The notes under the pieces were generated by a model. It made no database searches. It was not told the DNA's origin and saw only the letters and a program-made list of their open reading frames with translations. Shown in pieces: positions 14,881 through 27,232 of a stretch of DNA of 64,000 nt (the stretch's first letter is position 1; each line of letters starts with the position of its first letter). The translations under genes and the position numbers were made by a program. Source of the stretch: Sphagnum compactum (taxonomy: Eukaryota); contig OZ234493.1 in the NCBI GenBank assembly GCA_965153455.1, forward strand, positions 35,268,213 to 35,332,212, given 5' to 3'.

Positions 14881-15073
14881 AGGTGCATTCACACTTGGTG
14901 CTAGGTTGAGTGCCGTAACACCATGCTAGCCATTTAGGACTTAAACCTAGGTTGCATGAAGATTTTTATTTTAAGCTAACATTCACTTAACATTGAGCTA
15001 TGGCCCATTTAACAATTGGGTGCCACCTAAATTTTCATTTAATGCTGATTTAACCTCAAGTGTGAATGGACCA
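14881..15073. mobile_element. Tourist/PIF-Harbinger-like MITE
   Basis: 16-bp TIR GGTGCATTCACACTTG / CAAGTGTGAATGGACC (1 mismatch), with TAA on both flanks; ~190 bp, non-coding. Confidence 0.65.
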
Positions 15074-16519
15074 TAAGTAAGGCTATTCTAGTAACCCACC
15101 CATTTGTAAGTTGTTCAATTATTTGACACCCACCCATACCTAGACCATGAATCCCATACCACAGAAGTGAAGCATGTACTTGGCTTAGTTAATTCCTAAA
15201 GGACAAAAACAAATAAGTGTTAATGCATGAAGGCTGTAGAAGTGGCTAATTAACAACATCCCCACAAGTGTAATCTCTGACCCTATTTCTCCTGTGGCCC
15301 CACCCACAAAATCTGCCATGGATATTTTCAAGTACTATGATTGAAGATTTTCTCTTGAAAGAAGAAAATGGGTTAGCAACAACTTAGCATGACTTTGGTC
15401 AGCATGCATGGTTTGATAAGCATGGTTTCCATAGATAATCAATCACGCAAAGCCATTCAAATTTGTAAACTGCCCCTAACATATGTTCAATAATCAATAG
15501 CTTCCACACCATAGCTCCAAATAGTCTCAAACCAAGTCAAGGACCCCTACTCATTGAGCACTTTCCAGAAATACCAAGAGTGCAGCATGAAGTGTCGTGG
15601 TTTGGGAGATCTCAAGGTGACAAACAAAACAAACTATCTTGCTTCATAGATAGATTTGCTTGGCCTTGGATATTTTTTCTCCTTTATTCCAACATTGGCA
15701 TTGATTGTATTGTTGTCACCAAATGTTTTGGCATCGTGAGGTGTGTGTGTGTTTTTGTTTTCCTTTGCCCGTTTTATGAGTGAACAAAAAGCACTGCGCA
15801 TGTATGCATGCTTTCGTGATGCAACTTTGTTTTTTTATATTGATTTGTAATTTATGAGTGAGCAGACAAAACGCATGTTTTGTCTGTAGTCTTATCACCA
15901 ACAATTTTCCATGATTTGAAATGTCAGGGAGGCATCAAGAACTTGATCATACCATCATCATTACAAGGTTTCAAAGCTTCAAGCAATCCAAATTCAACAC
16001 TATCTTAGTTTACCACTGAAAACCATGTCAAGTAAATAATTGTTACAATTCATGTGATGCACTAGATCATGGATATACCCACATGTATTCTTATCATCAT
16101 ACATATGCATGAACTTGCTAAAGTTTCATCTCCAAAATGATCTCATTCAAATATGAGTGTCAAAGATTAATTGTTCACTTTGCTATGAAATCTTGGTAGA
16201 ATCTAAACTGTATGGAAATTATAAAAGTCAAATTGAGACTTGAGTATAAAAAATCAACTTTTAACCTCTAGAAAAAGTCTAATGAGATTTGAAACATGTG
16301 GAGATTATAGCACATGAATTGAATGGAGAAGAATAATTGTTCGATTTATAAAGTAATCATGCTCAAATTTGAAGTGTGTGGTTGTTGTAAAACTCAAATA
16401 TTCAATCTCCAAAGATATCATGATAGGATTTGTGTGACAATAGTAGATTTGAATCAAATTTAGAAAAAATTAAAGACCAAGTCTTTTCAAATAACACCAT
16501 GAAAACACATAATACTAGA

Positions 16520-19500
16520 AGCATTGTAAGTTCAAATGTTGATACAAGATACATAATTGAAATGTAACACACAAGACACAACTTTGATGTAGGTGTGATG
16601 AAAGGATAACAAGCAATAGGATGACAAGAGGGAATGGATGATGTATCAAGGTTTGATGAAATGTGGCATCATTTGTCAAAAGATCATTGATCTTTGTATT
16701 ATTGCACTTTGATCAAAATCAAGTTTAACTCCATTATACCATGGTGTTGCTTGCATGCATCAAGCTACCACAAACATGATCTTGGCATGAACTTGAGTTC
16801 CTAATGGATAATATCCCCAATTGGTATAGAATTTGTTGATTGCATGGAATTTTCCCCATTTGTAACATCTTGACCAAAACCAACCTTGTGAAACAACTCC
16901 ATGAGCTCCCCTTGCATTGACCCATCCAGAAAACAAAATGGACACTTATAGTTGCAATGATAAAACTCCACCACAATTGATAAGAATTTTGAAGTGGCAA
17001 GTTGAAAGATTTTAACATAATTTCGATAATGATTAATTAAGGCTACAATGATGATGATTGTCATCATGGCCTTTTGCAATCACAAGGATGCCACTCACAT
17101 TTCTTTGAAAAACGATGTTAATTAAAGTGTTTGTTTATTTACAAGTTGGAGGTAAATCTAAATTGACATTTAGAAAATCAAGTAAGCCCATGACAAAGTT
17201 TGATCCTTTCTTTTAAAAAGGCATTTGAATATATGTAACCAAAATTTGGCATATTTATCAATAAGCGTCCTCTTGCAATTGGAGTTGGCCATGATATAAA
17301 TAAATAGATTAAGATATGCAAGACAACTAGATATAGACAATTCAAATATTATATAGTGAAGGAAATAGAGTAATTAAACATATTTTTGGGGAAATTATTA
17401 TTATTATTGGTTTTTCTAGTGTAAATTTGACTTAATTTGGAATTTTATGGGTTTTAGGGTTGAAAGCTTGCTTTGGATTGAAAAGCATTAGGGTAGAACG
17501 GTTGATGAGCAAACACTTAAGCTCTCAAGACAGGCTGGACCCAAGGGGAGGTCTCTGTTGTTTCTGGTGTCCCAACAAAACTTGAACCCCTCCTATTATT
17601 GACGCATATGGCGCACTGAAGATCGTCAAAAACGAATTAGAATGGAGAGAGTTAGAGTCCCCCAAAGTAGAGGGGGTCAAGAATTTAAAAAACAAATCAC
17701 CCAACGTTACAAAGCTGGTTCCTGAACACCCAAAAAAAATCCTTGTATGTTGCTTTGTTATTATTAGAGTTCAAAGATGATTTGTAGAACTGAAGGTGGC
17801 GCTCCTATACCACTTTAAATCGTTTTAAATGAACAAGAAATGTGAAAGTTAGAAGCCTTGAAAGTAGAAGGGGTCCAAGAAAACAGAAAACAAATAGCAT
17901 TTTGTAAGTTGGAAAGCTTATTTTTCATTACTCATTTTCCTTTTCACTTGAAAGATGATTTCTAGATCTTGAGGTGGCGCTCCCATAACATTTTAAATCA
18001 CTCAAAATGAAGCACACACAAATGAGGGAGATTTAAAGAAGTGTTTGGTGATAGGGATTTAGTGATCGGTGATGGGAAGTTCTACCCTACCAGCAGTGAG
18101 GCATGGGTTGCATGGAATCCTTGAACCAGTTGCAGTAGACAGTGACGCGCATATGTTGATCTTGTTTGTCAGCATCAGATGCGCCGAGCAGCATATTGAA
18201 ATTCAAGTTCATGAGATGCGAATTGAAGTTAGTGACATCGGTTGATCCATGGAGCACAGACACCAGGCCCCGTTTTGCATCGAAGGATGTGAGATGATCC
18301 ACCCGCACGCGGATAGAATTGGCAAAGATGTGTACTGTATCGCTCTCCCCGACTGAATTGATTTGGAAGTTGTGAAGTATGACTTTCGTCACGCCGCTCA
18401 AAACAATGGTGTGACCTGCAAAACCTCTTCCCCCCCCCAAAAAAAACCCTTACCAAAAAACATCGATCAGACAACAATCATCTGGATCTCTCAGGTACAT
18501 GTCTTTCGATTCTAAGTTCTTCATGCAAAGATCCAACATCGATCAGACAACGATCTGGACCTATCAGAACGTGTTTTGATTCTCCATTCATGCAAAGATC
18601 GAGAATGTCTTTCGATTCTTTCTTCATGCAAAGATCTCGAGGATGTCTTTCGATTCTAATTTCTTCATGCAAAGATGTCGAGAATGTCTTTTTTCTGAAT
18701 TCTTTCTTCAAGCGAAGATCGAGAATGTCTTTCGATCCTTTTTTTTCATGCAACAAAGATTGAACAGATGTTGTTAGTAGTCTTTATTTACCTGCGATCG
18801 TGATGTTGAAGCCGCGTCCATCGATCGTGGTTGAACTGCGGATCCAGAGAATGTCGTGGAGAGAGACGATCATATCACGAGAGAAGGTGATCCAAGCGCC
18901 TGCAGCTCCTGTAGAAGATATTCCACTACCTAGGTTAGAGCCGCCCAAGCTGACACCACAGCGCAGAGATCCTGGCGACGGATTGTGAGTATTGTCGTCG
19001 TCGGACGTCACCACATATTTCTTTCCATATTACTTCGCCGCCTGTCACTCCAGATGCATAATCTACAGCACAGGAAGCAAGTCCCGTGCCTCTGCCACAA
19101 CTCGAATATTGGCACGTTGTTCCGTCCACGACGCTACAGCCTCTTCCATTGCTACTGTGACCATCCTGCGCTGCACAATATTCATGGCTCAGTTTGACAA
19201 GATTGTTCGCACAATCCGTCTCAGTCTGTGATTGATCGAGCCTCAAGGACTTTGCATTTGCTTTTGAAGGAGAAGAAGAGAGAAGAAATGCTTCTGAGGG
19301 AAGAGATCTAAATGCAGCTAACACTGATCATGAGAGTCTAACAAGAGTTCGGATTGTAGTATAACGTCGCATCTGCACTTTGGTAATTTGCAAGCCAATA
19401 CTGCAAATAGTCGCTTGCTGCTTGGATTTGGAGCACAGCACTTTCGAGATCCGCGGCAGCAACTTTTCTGTTGTTGGAATGAAGCTGTGCAACAAAACCA

Positions 19501-20125
19501 CGACACAAACTGTTCAAGTAGCTTTGCAAATCCTGAATTTCTTCTCCTAGTTTGAAGTGTGACAATGAAGATCATGAGCAGCTACAAAGAATCCCAATCG
19601 TGCTTCCGGCCTAACATATCTCCTGGCAGTAGAGACGTCGAGAGGTCGCGGATCCTTGTGAAAGGTGATCAGAAAAACAAAACAAAAACAAAAGGCTGCA
19701 GGCACCTTGTTGCTTACATCACCGGGGTCGTGAGAGAGAACTAGAGCTGAGTGGCAGTCAGACACGGATTGCTGCACAGAGTTCACAAGCTTAAGAGCTG
19801 CAGCCGTCCCGTTAGCCCGCGTTGGTAGAAAAAGAAAAAGATCATGACCTTCTTCAAGCTTGTCGACTGCAGAGAGCGCGGCATGTAGTTCTGCGTGGCA
19901 GCGATTCATCTTCAAGTCTATATCGACCAGCGTCTGTATCACTTTTCTCAGACCTGCAGTAAACTGGAGCTTCTCAAGTGTCCGCTGCTTCGATGAATCT
20001 AGATCCTCATGAGCAGCTGAAGGAACTGATGATGTCAGGCGTCCTCTGTTGAGAACCAGAAACAGTATCATCGCCATCGACAGTAGAGCCGCGACGCGAG
20101 GCTGCCTTGCAAATACAATGGACAT
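16520..20125 (-). pseudogene. Pectate lyase-like (PL1) pseudogene with signal anchor/peptide and long N-terminal extension
   Basis: PL1 motifs occur in order: LASCAVDYASGVTGG, (frameshift ~19030) YVVTSDDD..PSPGSLRCGV..WITFSRDM..TTIDGRG; intron 18791-18416; VILHNF..RVDH (WVDH decayed)..GSTDVT..MLLGASD..VTVYCNWF..PMPHC; intron from 18090; last exon from ~16859 with WGKFHAINKFYTNWGYYPLG..VHAKI..TPWYNG..NDLL..ATFHQ. Lesions: several frameshifts and stops, and the last acceptor reads AA instead of AG. The 3' end is approximate. Confidence 0.8.
18480..18755. repeat. ~37-40-bp tandem repeat (~6-7 copies) inside the pectate lyase intron
   Basis: Recurring TCTTCATGCAAAGATC(TC)GAGAATGTCTTTCGATTCT. Confidence 0.85.
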
Positions 20126-20519
20126 CTTTTTCGCCTCGCTTTTTACTAACCTCGTCAACAACACATGCGGCAAGCTTGTTCAAGAGATCTTGGCAGCCGG
20201 CTGAAACATGTGAGATCATCTGGAACATGTGATTCCTCTCTCTCCTCTAGTCTGGAAAATCATAGAATGCTCTCTAGTTTTGCAAATTCTGATCCCTTCT
20301 TCCTTGGCAGGTGAAACAAGTATGTGACAAACAAAAACCCTTTGACAATCTGTCTTAGGTAGTCACAGGACTCAGGTTCCCGAGCTTCTTCTCTCACAGG
20401 TTTCTCACTGCACACTTTGCAGTAATCTCGTTACAAAAGCAAGATCATAGAGCAGGAATGCTTGGAAATTGTGCACAATCAAGAACCATCTTTGGTCACA
20501 ATTTCCATCCACATCAACA

Positions 20520-20880
20520 CTGCAGCCAGAAAAGTAAGAATCAAAACTGGGGAGGACAATCTTCACAGAGCTCTAGAAACAACAAAACACCAATGCAGCA
20601 GCCAGAAAGGCAGAATCAAAACTGGCAAGGACAATCTTAGGGGAGCTCTAGAAATAACCAACACTGACATAGCTGCCAGAAAGGCAGAATCAAAATGCCT
20701 AGGACAATCTTAGGGAAGCTCTAGAAACAACAACAGCAACACAGCAGCCAGAAAGGCAAAATTGATTCACCCAATGCCCAATCTTGTGAAAGCAGGAAGC
20801 AGTTGAAACAGCACCAACAAAGCCAGAAGGCAGGATCAAGACAATACTAAGACCAACCTTGGGAAGCTATAGACAAACAC
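20520..20880. repeat. ~73-75-bp tandem repeat (3 good + 2 decayed copies)
   Basis: GCAGCCAGAAAGGCAGAATCAAAA..GGACAATCTTAG.G.AGCTCTAGAAACAAC starting at ~20522, 20597, 20672, 20743, 20821. Confidence 0.85.
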
Positions 20881-21399
20881 CCACACAGGCAGAAGAGGCG
20901 GAAATGAAACCAATTTAGAACCTCCATGCATAGTACCAGTACACATTGCCATTTGCTCCTTGGGGACTTACAATATGGCTACCAGTACAAACAGAATCCT
21001 AAAGTAGCCCATCTTCATCTTCCTACAACAGAAGTGTATCCATTACAGTGTGCTTACAGAATCAAGGAACCTTGTATTCCCGTCAAGGCTTGGGATCTGA
21101 ATGGCTAAAGATGCGGGGTCTTTCAGATGGTATAACAAGGTTCAATTGCATTGACAAACATACAAAGAGCTTCTTACCTATCTCTTCATGTGATTTAAAC
21201 CCTAAAAGTCTACTCTATAAACTATGTGACAAAACTCCTCGTCCCTTGGCTCCAATTTCATCCTCTCTAGGTTGGATAAGCTCTTGAATACAAAAAGGAA
21301 GAAGCACTTGGACCTCAAGCCCACTTCCATTCCCTCATGAATATGCATTAAGGTGATGAAGACAACAGTTAAGAAAACAAAATGATTGAGCTAGAAGAA

Positions 21400-24300
21400 C
21401 TACAATGCTTCCTTCAACTGGAAAAGTTTGCTCAAGCGTCGAGCTCGATCATACTCATTAACCTCCACAAGCAAACGCTTTACTCGCCGGGCTAGTGCTG
21501 TGGTGTCATCACCACTTGCCCCACCTTCTCGTCTCTTCTCTATGGCTCTAGTGAGGCTAAGCAGGTACTCAATGAATGGTGACAACTTTGGGCTGCACAG
21601 TCCACAGACGAATGAACAATGAGAAGAGAATCTTTTCCACATGGTTTTTGGAGTGAATGTGAGAAACATCATGCATTTCCCTCAAAAAACTTGACGTGCA
21701 TTGTACTTGAAAATGAATGTGTATAGCATACTGATCAGATCATAAGCAAAAGGAAATGAAAAACTGGTGGTCCTGGAAATTATATAGAGATGAAATGTCT
21801 GGACAAGGCATCGTACCACAAGAGAACAACTTGCATAGATTGACTTAACACAATGTTGAATTCTGGGCTTACCTGAGTTCAGCAGAGCTTCCTCCAACCC
21901 AGACATCAGAGAGGGCTGTCAGCACACGTTCAGTACGGATGACAGCATCATGCACTGTTGGCAACAAGGTCCGCAGATGGACCAAAATTTTTGCTGACAG
22001 CAGCTGATCTAGCGCTAAATGTTCTAGAACAGGTAGAGCCAAAATGTCCTTCCATAACCCAAGGTTTCTCAGCAAGCGTACTGAGGTTCCAAATTGCTGG
22101 GCTGCAAATCGCCCTGCTCGAGGAACTGCAGCTGTCACTTGAAGACTCCAAGATGGCAACTTTTCCATTGTTATGCCAGCACATACACAACAAAACAATT
22201 AGGTGGATATTTCAGGCCACACAAAACTAATCAATTCCAGCTTCTCCTAACTTTCATATGCGCTTGAATGATGTAAATCCAGCCATCAAAGTAAAAGCTA
22301 TACCCAGCAAAACTAGGGATTTGAAGACAACCTGGTAATGTGCAAAAGGGGCAAACTTCACTGTAGCTAAATCCCTAATGCTTGCAAAAACAGACACTGC
22401 ATCCAAACATGAAGACTGTTTGCTTCACAGTTATCTCCTCTAAAACCACACTGACACTGAGTGGTGTCCACAAGCTGGACTTTTTGGAAGAACTGAAGCA
22501 TCTCCCTCAAGTCTGTACACAATCCTCCACAAGTTCCCCAACATCCTACCACAGATCAGTGAGGAAGAGGACTTTCAAACCTAGAGGGTATCCATTACCT
22601 CTAGTGCTGCAACTGCTTCAGCCATACGTGTACGGGCTGCAGCAAGCAGCTCCTGCAAGGGCTCGCTCGAGACATCAACATAAATGAGCATCTCCTGAAA
22701 AGCTGCAACTGCATGCTTGCTCCCTTCCGTGCTCAAGGCATCCCAGCAATGTGCTACCTCATGGTGGAGGACAGGTAGAGCCACTTTTTCCACTAGCTTC
22801 GGTATCAGATTCACATCTGCATCATCCTCCTCCACTTTCTTGCCATTGACTTGCATCCCATAGTCAAAAAGAAGAGCATACCTGTTTCAAATTGGCACAA
22901 AACTGTCATGACATCTCAACCAGATCTAGTCACAAAAATTGCTATAACCATGAGAGTTGTGGGGAATGAGATGACAGAAATCACATTATACAGAGTGATG
23001 ACAACTGATTTAAGAATTTTGTGCCCCCTCTTCCCTCTACTCTTGAAATGCCTTTGCACAGGCCTGGTCAGCCCAAGGGCAATTCACAACATTCAAGGAA
23101 GAATGGCATGCTCCTGTGGTAGAGACAGAAAAATTGCATTATCTTCCATCATATACCAGCACAAGGCCAGGGATAGAGGTAAGAATGCATGTTGTCCACA
23201 AGGATTCTTCAATCCTTCTCTAGTTTCAAGTTAAGCTCACAGGTCAGAGCATAATAATGCAGGTCTAAAACAAGATGCTTACCATTGCATGGTGTCAAGT
23301 CCGGCACTGCCATACAGAGGATCCCAATGCAACAGCTCAAGGCGGACATAGGGTGCAAAGATGGCAGGAGCACTGAGGGACATATAGGCATCATGGTAAG
23401 CTGCACCATAATCTCGTTTCCATGTCTCCAGTCTTTGCTTTACATTTCTTAATTGTGAATACTCTTCAGAAGCATCTCCAAACACTCTCTCTGCTGTCTG
23501 CAGAATTTCTTGTCGTCCAGACTTGTATGCTCTTTCCTCACTCTCACTTTCCTCACTACTAGATTCTCCTTCTATTCTCTGCAAGGAAAACACAGAAGTC
23601 AGTACAGATCAACTCAAAGCTTCACACTACTGCAAGTAAATAAACTGTGCCACACTTGCCAAATAGAAACTATAACATAATGAAATTGAGGTGGATTATT
23701 AACTCTAGACTCCAGAAGGCTCCATGGACCCTGATCACATCTCAGCCACCCATAACAGCTCTAGGGACATATGCTCAAAAACAACTTGATAACCTGCAAG
23801 ATAATCAAGTGCAATACAGCACAAAGAACAGACAAATTACTGTCTCACCCCTGCACTAGCAGCATCCATATTTGGTGCCATTCTTCGCTCTGCTGCTCTT
23901 TTCAGCCGACGCTCACGGGCCTGTGCTCGTCGCTTGCTTTCCAGACGTTTTTGGAGGTTTACATCACGTCCAAACTCATCAAGCTTTGGAGCACTGCTGG
24001 TTCCATCTTGGACTGCAGCTATAGCTGCAGCTGCTGCAGCTGTTGCAGTAGCAGTGCCTGCCCCCCTGGCCAACACCGCTTTGGCAGCACTTACAGCAGC
24101 TTCTACTTCAATCAGTTCATCAGCATTATCAGCAGCACGTCTCTCCAACAGAGCATTGGCGCGCTCTTCATGAAGCCTTTGCATTGCCTCCTCCAGTTCC
24201 TCAATAATTGGTCCTTTATCCTGTCAGTCACATACAGTTCAGTTAAGTCTTCATCCTTTGTGATTGTCTTATTGACATTGGCGCCCACCCATAATACTGT

Positions 24301-26318
24301 CCCTCCTTCCTGGGATGTATGATTCTCTACAAGTTTGAGTCCAGCCAGTCTTCTTGATCTAAATGGAAAGAGAAAATTCAAATGCCTCCATCCCTCACTC
24401 CCCCTGAAATTGAATCTCTTCCTTTGATGGATTGTGAGTGGAGTGTGCCAAACACTTCCATCACACCCCCAATCAGAGAACCTTGGAGGATGCCGGAGAG
24501 GGCAATATGTCTCACCTGCAGGAATTCACATAAAACAGAAACGTAATCACGAAGTTCCTGCATGTAAAGATACTTCTCATTTGCACCTGCCAGTGATCTT
24601 TCAAGAGACACCACTGCTGTGAGTGATGAAGACAGCGATTCATTGGTCCTGAAGAGATTATTCTTCGTCGTCTCATGGCCTTCCTGACAATTCTCCCAGC
24701 CAAAACCTCATTAGATGTGAACAAATCTATGGAGCCACATATTCTGCTTTGAGTCCTATGAGATTTCCACATGGCTGCTGCACAGCAGAGCAGATCAATG
24801 TGCTCCTGAGCTGAGTACAGAAATGCCAAAGGACTGATGAGACACCCACAGAGAGTGACAGAGACAGAAAGTTTGTGTGGTGTGTATGTGTCCATGGATA
24901 TTCAAATATACCCTTAATCTGTGTGTGTTCTCTTGAAGAATTCTCATTGCTGCTGCAGCCTGCTGCGCAACTGAAAGAGCCTCCATGCTACTCCTGCCAA
25001 AGCCCCAACCTGCACTGCCAGCAGGCATGGATGGCAGTGCACCGCCAATAAACCCAGTCTTGAAATCTCCTTGTACAGAAGGAGCCTCAGGCACTACTAG
25101 CCTTCCTCTGTGTGCAGCATCCTCTACCCTCTTCCCAAACCCTTTTCTCAGCTGCTCCTCCTCCCACTGTCTATCCTCATCTTCCTCTTCCTCATCTCGG
25201 TTCTCTAATTGACTGCCAAGATTGGCATTTGTCTCACTGACAGATTGAAACACACCGCCCTTTTGTTTCTGCCTGCCAGAAACACTGTCGCCCAAAAATG
25301 CAACCCTTGTTTGGAATTCTGCTTCATCCTCACTTGACTCTACCTCTTCTCTGTCTCTGGCTTTCCCTATCTCATCATCCTGCTCCCTCACTAGACCCGA
25401 TTCTCGATTCTTACCCCTCCCTTCTGCAGCATCTACGGGGATGTAATCCGGTGCTGCCTGAGCCTGCCGCAGACGGTTCCTTCTTGCTTTGGCTGCAGCA
25501 ATCACAGCTGCATCAGGGATGTGAGTAATTCCTCCACTATCTGCCCCTGTTCCAATTCCCATCAACCCTAACCTGCTTTCGGCATCATCCTTAGCTTTCA
25601 CATCACTGAAGCCTCTCTCTTGCACATGTTCTTCTTCTGCAACCACAACGCTGGCACTCATAGCATTGCCATTTCTCCCCTCCTCTAACGCAGAACCGTT
25701 CTTAGATAGGGATGGTTTCACTAGACCTTTCAAAACCAGAACCGGCTCCAAGGGCTTGCTCTCCACCGGCGCCTTGGGGGGCGCTCCAAGGGACTTGGTG
25801 TTCCGCTGAAGCTCCAACAATTTCTCTTTCGTGTACTCACCTGCTTGCGGCTGAACATTGGAAAGAGTGGTAACCGTTACCTCCTTCGTCAAACCCGCTC
25901 TAGGACCAACACCAGCAGCACCTCCTTGCCCTAGACCAAACCCCGCCTTCTTCTTCATAGTCTTCTCCAATGATACTCCATCGCTGATTCCATCATTTTC
26001 CGCACCGAAACTGAGAGCGATTCCACCACCCCCAGATTTGGCCACAGAAACCCTAGTACCAGCCGACTTCGACCTCTGCTGCTGTTTCCCGATCCCCTCC
26101 GCTGCTTCCTCATCTTCTACCGCAAAGCTCAGCAACTTCGAACCGGAAGCTTTCTCCTGCATCTTCAGAAGCGAAGCTTTCTCCTTCTTCTTATTGTTAT
26201 TGTTATGCGCCCCAGACTTACCCGTTTTCTCTCCCTTCACTGCAGGCTTCTCTACCTCATCCCCATCCGCGTCGTCATCTTCCACTCGTCGCCGCCAATT
26301 CTTGGTTTTCATCATCAT
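21400..26318 (-). CDS. ILP1: ILP1/GCFC-domain protein (PAXBP1/GCFC2-like; transcriptional repressor / spliceosome disassembly factor), 7 coding exons, ~1001 aa
   Basis: Exons 26318-24912, 24683-24516, 24220-23849, 23578-23283, 22881-22599, 22159-21873, 21592-21400. All introns are GT-AG and phase-consistent (3006 nt total). Motifs match plant ILP1: KLLSF, NVQPQAGEYTKEKLLELQRNT, WEEEQLRKGFGKR, KLDEFGRDVN, YHDAYMSLSAPAIFAPYVRLELLHWDPL, LIPKLVEKVALP, FGTSVRLLRNL, C-terminal FQLKEAL. The start is placed at the first ATG of MMMKTKNWRRR. Confidence 0.92.
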
Positions 26319-26653
26319 TTCCTCACTCTCCCACGGCTTCCGGAAAAAAATTTCCCTCCCACACCGATCACAAAACTCGCGCAAACTAAAACAACCACAT
26401 CCTCGGCAATTGTGGTATCATACTACCACTGCATCATAAGCTCTACTTGACTCCAAGAAACAAAGACTCTCCCAAGTTTGTTCCTCTTCCTCTACTTCGT
26501 CTTCTGCTTAGGCCAACAAATACCTCCTTGAGCAGCAGCATCATGCCGACACCACAGCAACTGCAAATCACATACCACGCGGGCCTTCACGATTGCGGGA
26601 GATGATACATCGAGGGCAGGCAACCAGCGAGCTCGCTCACGAAACTAAACTGT

Positions 26654-26705
26654 TTTAGGGTTTCTTCAAGCTTCTTCCGAAAATACCCAAATTTTGAAAC
26701 CCTAA
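26654..26705. promoter_or_regulatory. Two telo-boxes in opposite orientation upstream of ILP1
   Basis: TTAGGGTTT (~26655-26663) and AAACCCTAA (~26697-26705), about 340-390 bp upstream of the ATG. Confidence 0.45.
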
Positions 26706-26748
26706 AAACAAGAGAACGTGAAAAGTGGCGGAGTGCTAGCTAACGAAG

Positions 26749-26868
26749 AAACCTCCCTCCGTAAATGTTATCCTTACGCTCCAAGAGTTAAACAAAACCC
26801 CTAATTACGAAATCTCCCTCCGTAAATGTTAGCCTTACGCTCCAAGAGTTCAACAGAACCCCTATTAG
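26749..26868. repeat. 61-bp tandem duplication upstream of ILP1
   Basis: CTCCCTCCGTAAATGTTA(T/G)CCTTACGCTCCAAGAGTT(A/C)AACA(A/G)AACCCCTA at 26753 and 26814. Confidence 0.9.
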
Positions 26869-26994
26869 TTTAAATCAGTGCTGGACGGGTACCAGGCTGG
26901 AACCCGGGTATACAGAATCAGAACTCCCCCATTTACATAACCTTGTGTAAATGTTATGGGGTGTGTAAGTGTAAATACTAAAATTATTTGTAAA

Positions 26995-27232
26995 GTCACC
27001 CTGTCTTTGGGCCTCCTTTCACCCCCAAACCCTTCCTTCAGGGGTATCATAAAGTACGAAAATTTTATTAAATCTGGAAATGAAATGCTGAAAATCAGCA
27101 TTTAATGAACAAGGTTCAAGACTAATTATAGTGAGCTTTACGAGTAGGAGCAGTGAAAATATATGCGGCAACAACAGTGGAGGCGCTAAAGAAAAAGGAA
27201 CAACAGGGTGAAACTCAGTTCACCACAAAAAC
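26995..27232 (+). repeat. ~230-bp dispersed element, copy 1 (IR-bounded, internal hairpin)
   Basis: TCACCCTGT...ACAGGGTGA ends and an internal AAATGCTGA-AAA-TCAGCATTT hairpin; homologous to the reverse complement of 48815-49075. Confidence 0.75.

Noticed and set aside
15260-15320. Rossmann-like peptide DFVGGATGEIG on the minus strand
   Set aside because: Only ~16 codons with no supporting neighbouring exons; it could be chance or a tiny gene fragment.
16600-17080. Separate transposase (KDZ-like) fragment
   Set aside because: It is better explained as the decayed last exon of the pectate lyase (WG.FH.IN..Y.NWGYY, PWYNG, NDLL).
26319-26384. N-terminal extension of ILP1 given by the ORF track
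   Set aside because: It starts at a non-ATG codon; the first ATG is at 26318.
23771-26450. Plus-strand ORFs (183 aa, 193 aa and others) overlapping ILP1
   Set aside because: They are antisense shadows of GC-rich coding exons.
26995-27232. Telomerase RNA or RNase MRP candidate
   Set aside because: There is no exact CTAAACCCT template (CCAAACCCT in one copy, absent in the other), no MRP conserved motifs, and no clear USE/TATA Pol III promoter.
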